Shown one piece after another: positions 61,779 to 64,000 of a DNA stretch of 64,000 bases; position 1 is the first letter of the stretch; each line of letters begins with the position of its first letter. The stretch lies in assembly GCA_001004885.1 (NCBI GenBank), contig LCRX01000006.1, positions 35,079 through 99,078 of the forward strand. Reading direction: 5' to 3'. Origin of the DNA: Candidatus Magasanikbacteria bacterium GW2011_GWA2_56_11 (lineage in GTDB: Bacteria; Patescibacteriota; Patescibacteriia; Magasanikbacterales; UBA922). The notes beneath the pieces are model-generated. The model had not been told where the DNA came from, ran no database searches, and was given only the letters and a program-made list of their open reading frames with translations. The position numbers and the translations under genes were made by a program.

Positions 61779-61843
61779 CCTTCCTATCGCTGTCTCTAGG
61801 AATCCATTTCAGACTTTTTTTATATAAATGCCGTTCGCATGGC

Positions 61844-62272
61844 CTAAAAAGGCGGTTCGCCGGTCCGTTTTACCGGTCCGGGCGCTCCGGGCCGCGGCGG
61901 CAGGTTTTGTCCTGCCAGCCGGGCTTTTTGGATCTCATCCGCGCTCGCCACGCTTTCGATTACGCCTATCCCCATCATGGCCAACGCCCGCCCCACAGCG
62001 CTGGTTTCGGCATTTTCTAAAGCGGCGGTGCGGTTGATGTAGCCCTCGCCAATAAGGGCCTGGCTGTAGCCGGTGAAGGCCCGTTCAGGGCGAGTGGCGT
62101 CTGGTATTACCGTCGCCTTGACAATTATCCGTTCCTCTTTGGGGTCGGAAATAAGCTCGGTCCGGATGGAGCCGTTCGGAAAATTTTCGTTGAAGTAAAT
62201 TACGCGGTCCGCCACCAGCACATACTTTTTGCCTTGGATGCGCACTGCCTTTTTCTCCAGGTCTTTCTCCAT
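61844..62272 (-). CDS. Phage-like protein, possibly a Rad52/Sak-type ssDNA-annealing protein
   Basis: KYV.V..R...F....P.G.I.T..., ALENAETSAVGRALA..G pattern recalled from phage recombination proteins. Confidence 0.55.
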   Translation of the reverse strand: MEKDLEKKAVRIQGKKYVLVADRVIYFNENFPNGSIRTELISDPKEERIIVKATVIPDATRPERAFTGYSQALIGEGYINRTAALENAETSAVGRALAMMGIGVIESVASADEIQKARLAGQNLPPRPGAPGPVKRTGEPPF

Positions 62273-62283
62273 AAATTTGAGAA

Positions 62284-62314
62284 ATAAAAAACCGCCTCTA
62301 TAATATAGAGACGG
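62284..62314 (-). terminator. Intrinsic terminator just upstream of the Sak-like gene start
   Basis: Minus strand CCGTCTCTATA-t-TATAGAGGCGG then TTTTTTATTT. Confidence 0.7.
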
Positions 62315-62460
62315 CTGGTTTGCCGGCAGCTTACCGGCCCGGACCAGAGCTTCGACAAATGTGTTTACCCGGGCTTACCGGCCTTTGTTGAGCATAAAGA
62401 GCTTTTAAGTATGATTTCAGCGTAGAGTGTTTCTGTCCGTGAGGCAATCCCCCGCCAATA

Positions 62461-63711
62461 TTAGTTCAGAGTCAGCAGGCCAAGGCGGGTGTGGCCCGAT
62501 TTGAGCCGGCTTAATTCCCTAGTCCCGGTTCGCGCCGGCAGGCTTGACCCGAGATGCACTGTCGGACGGCCGAATTTGGCGGTGAGCGCGTCTATGGCCC
62601 GGTAAATGGTTTTGTAACGGCATAGCCGGAGGGGTAGCTCAAACAGGGAGCCCTGGATATGGTCCGCCTCGTGGAGCCCGGCCAGTACGACCCCGGTCGT
62701 TCTGTAATCCACTCCGGGCAAGTAGAGCCGCTCGAATAGTGGTTTTATTACCCTGATAATGTCTTCCGGATATCCGGACGCGCGGTTAAGCTCAGCTTCG
62801 AGCGCCGTGATTTTGAAGGCCTGGGTTTTTATAAATATGGTTACCCGTCTGGCCGCCAGGTTGTACGCTCTGGCCTTGCGGCAGGCGTTTTCGATATTTT
62901 TTACGAGTTCGGCGTAGATCGTTTCCCGCTCGTTTGTCGGGGTAAACGTGCCCGTTTTGGAGATGGAGGCGTACTCGGTTTTCGCCTCGGCAATAACCGG
63001 ATAGACACTGGCGCCGTTGAGTTCCCGCCAGATCTCTTGGTGTGGTTTGGCAAAATGTTCCTGGACAAAGGCGGCCGAACGCACCGCCAAATCATAGGCG
63101 GTAAATATTGAGAGCCCCCGCATATATTCGGCGGTATTGTGCCCTATACCCCAGACAGCTTCCACCGGAAAGTCGCGCAAATACTCCGGCAGGTCCTGGC
63201 GGCTGATCCAAGAGAGCCCGTCGGGCTTATTCCAGCTCGAAGCCAGTTTGGCCAGTACTTTGGTGGGCGCGAGTCCGACGGAAACCGTAATGTTGAGTTC
63301 GCGTTCGACAGTGTGTTTTATGGTTTCGGCAATCTTTTCGTATTTCATGCCCCCAGGGCCGGTCGCGCCGGTGATATCCATAAAGCCTTCGTCTATGCTG
63401 TATTCTTCCACCTCGGAGCTAAAACGGCGCATGATGGCGAATATCCGTTTGGAAAATAGAGAGTAGGACTCATAGTCTCCGGGCAAGATAATCGTTTCTG
63501 GGGCTACGCGCTTAATTTCTCCGATTGTCATCCCCCGCTTTACGCCGCGCCGTTTAGCCGGGTAGGAGAATGAAGTGGCGATGCCGCGATCGGCGCCGAC
63601 GACCACTGGTTTGCCTTTATACTCCGGGTGTAAGGCCTGTTCACAGCTGGCGAAAAAAGCGTCGGCGTCGAGATGGAGAATTGCCCGCGGGAAAAGTGTG
63701 GCTGAAGACAT
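62461..63711 (-). CDS. Y-family DNA polymerase (DinB/UmuC-like)
   Basis: LHLDADAFFASCE, SYPAK..G, YSIDEGF, SVGLAPTKVLAKLAS...KPDG, VWGIG. Confidence 0.93.
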   Translation of the reverse strand: MSSATLFPRAILHLDADAFFASCEQALHPEYKGKPVVVGADRGIATSFSYPAKRRGVKRGMTIGEIKRVAPETIILPGDYESYSLFSKRIFAIMRRFSSEVEEYSIDEGFMDITGATGPGGMKYEKIAETIKHTVERELNITVSVGLAPTKVLAKLASSWNKPDGLSWISRQDLPEYLRDFPVEAVWGIGHNTAEYMRGLSIFTAYDLAVRSAAFVQEHFAKPHQEIWRELNGASVYPVIAEAKTEYASISKTGTFTPTNERETIYAELVKNIENACRKARAYNLAARRVTIFIKTQAFKITALEAELNRASGYPEDIIRVIKPLFERLYLPGVDYRTTGVVLAGLHEADHIQGSLFELPLRLCRYKTIYRAIDALTAKFGRPTVHLGSSLPARTGTRELSRLKSGHTRLGLLTLN

Positions 63712-63743
63712 ATAGATCGCTTTTCCCTCCTTGTGAGTAGGTG

Positions 63744-64000
63744 TTAGTATTTCCGGATGACGCTTGTAACCACGCCGGCCACTTTGAGTTCGGTTTGCGG
63801 ATGGATATCCGGGTAGCGCTTGTTGGCCGGCCGGAGCAGTATCCTCCCTCCGCGTTCGATGTAATATTTCATCGTCCAGTCGCCGTCCACTTCGGCCACT
63901 ACGATGTCGCCGGTGCGCGGTTTTTTGGAGCGGTCAACTATGACCATGTCTCCCTCCACTATACCGGCGTCCGTCATCGAGTCGCCGGATACCGAGAGCA
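63744..64000 (-). CDS. LexA/UmuD family S24 peptidase, 5' end beyond the window
   Basis: VSGDSM.DAGI.EGD.VIVD, GDIVVA, TMK, LRPANKRY. Confidence 0.88.
   Translation of the reverse strand, partial: LSVSGDSMTDAGIVEGDMVIVDRSKKPRTGDIVVAEVDGDWTMKYYIERGGRILLRPANKRYPDIHPQTELKVAGVVTSVIRKY

Noticed and set aside
61629-61780. tRNA or tmRNA (GGAACGA/TCGTTCC-A-CC looks like an acceptor stem)
   Set aside because: No T-loop (TTCRA), D-arm or anticodon arm; the stem is 14 bp; no full CCA

Overview
Chromosomal window from a bacterium that looks like Patescibacteria/CPR, probably Parcubacteria-like. This is inferred from gene content: split comEC, type IV pilus genes, aaRS-NUDIX fusion, UvrD-nuclease fusion, FemAB, F-type ATPase, and few Shine-Dalgarno sites. 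From 1 to 58.4 kb nearly all real genes are on the + strand: IMPase, leuS, an AT-rich island (PEP-utiliser, DUF2000, 2x LysE), competence/pilus genes, an atp operon interrupted by two orphan ORFs and a repeat, an ABC transporter, a six-gene Ehr (hydrogenase-4-like) membrane complex, typA, a UvrD-nuclease, proS, mreBCD-mrdA, greA, lysS, serS and cell-wall genes. After about 59 kb all protein genes switch to the - strand: PIG-L deacetylase, APH-like kinase, DEDD exonuclease, Rad52/Sak-like protein, Y-family polymerase and LexA/UmuD. Main highlights: (1) an Ehr complex lacking the Ni ligands and 3 of the 4 [4Fe-4S] cysteines of its small subunit, with no ferredoxin subunit; (2) a semi-palindromic dif/loxP-like site at the gene-orientation switch, flanked by inward-pointing KOPS-like octamers, probably the replication terminus; (3) an unannotated 39-aa, 8-Cys microprotein with its own promoter and terminator; (4) a candidate ~150-190 nt structured ncRNA with a promoter and DnaA box; (5) an internally deleted, frameshifted mreC. 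No tRNA, rRNA or CRISPR array was seen. All calls come from reading motifs by eye, with no database searches.
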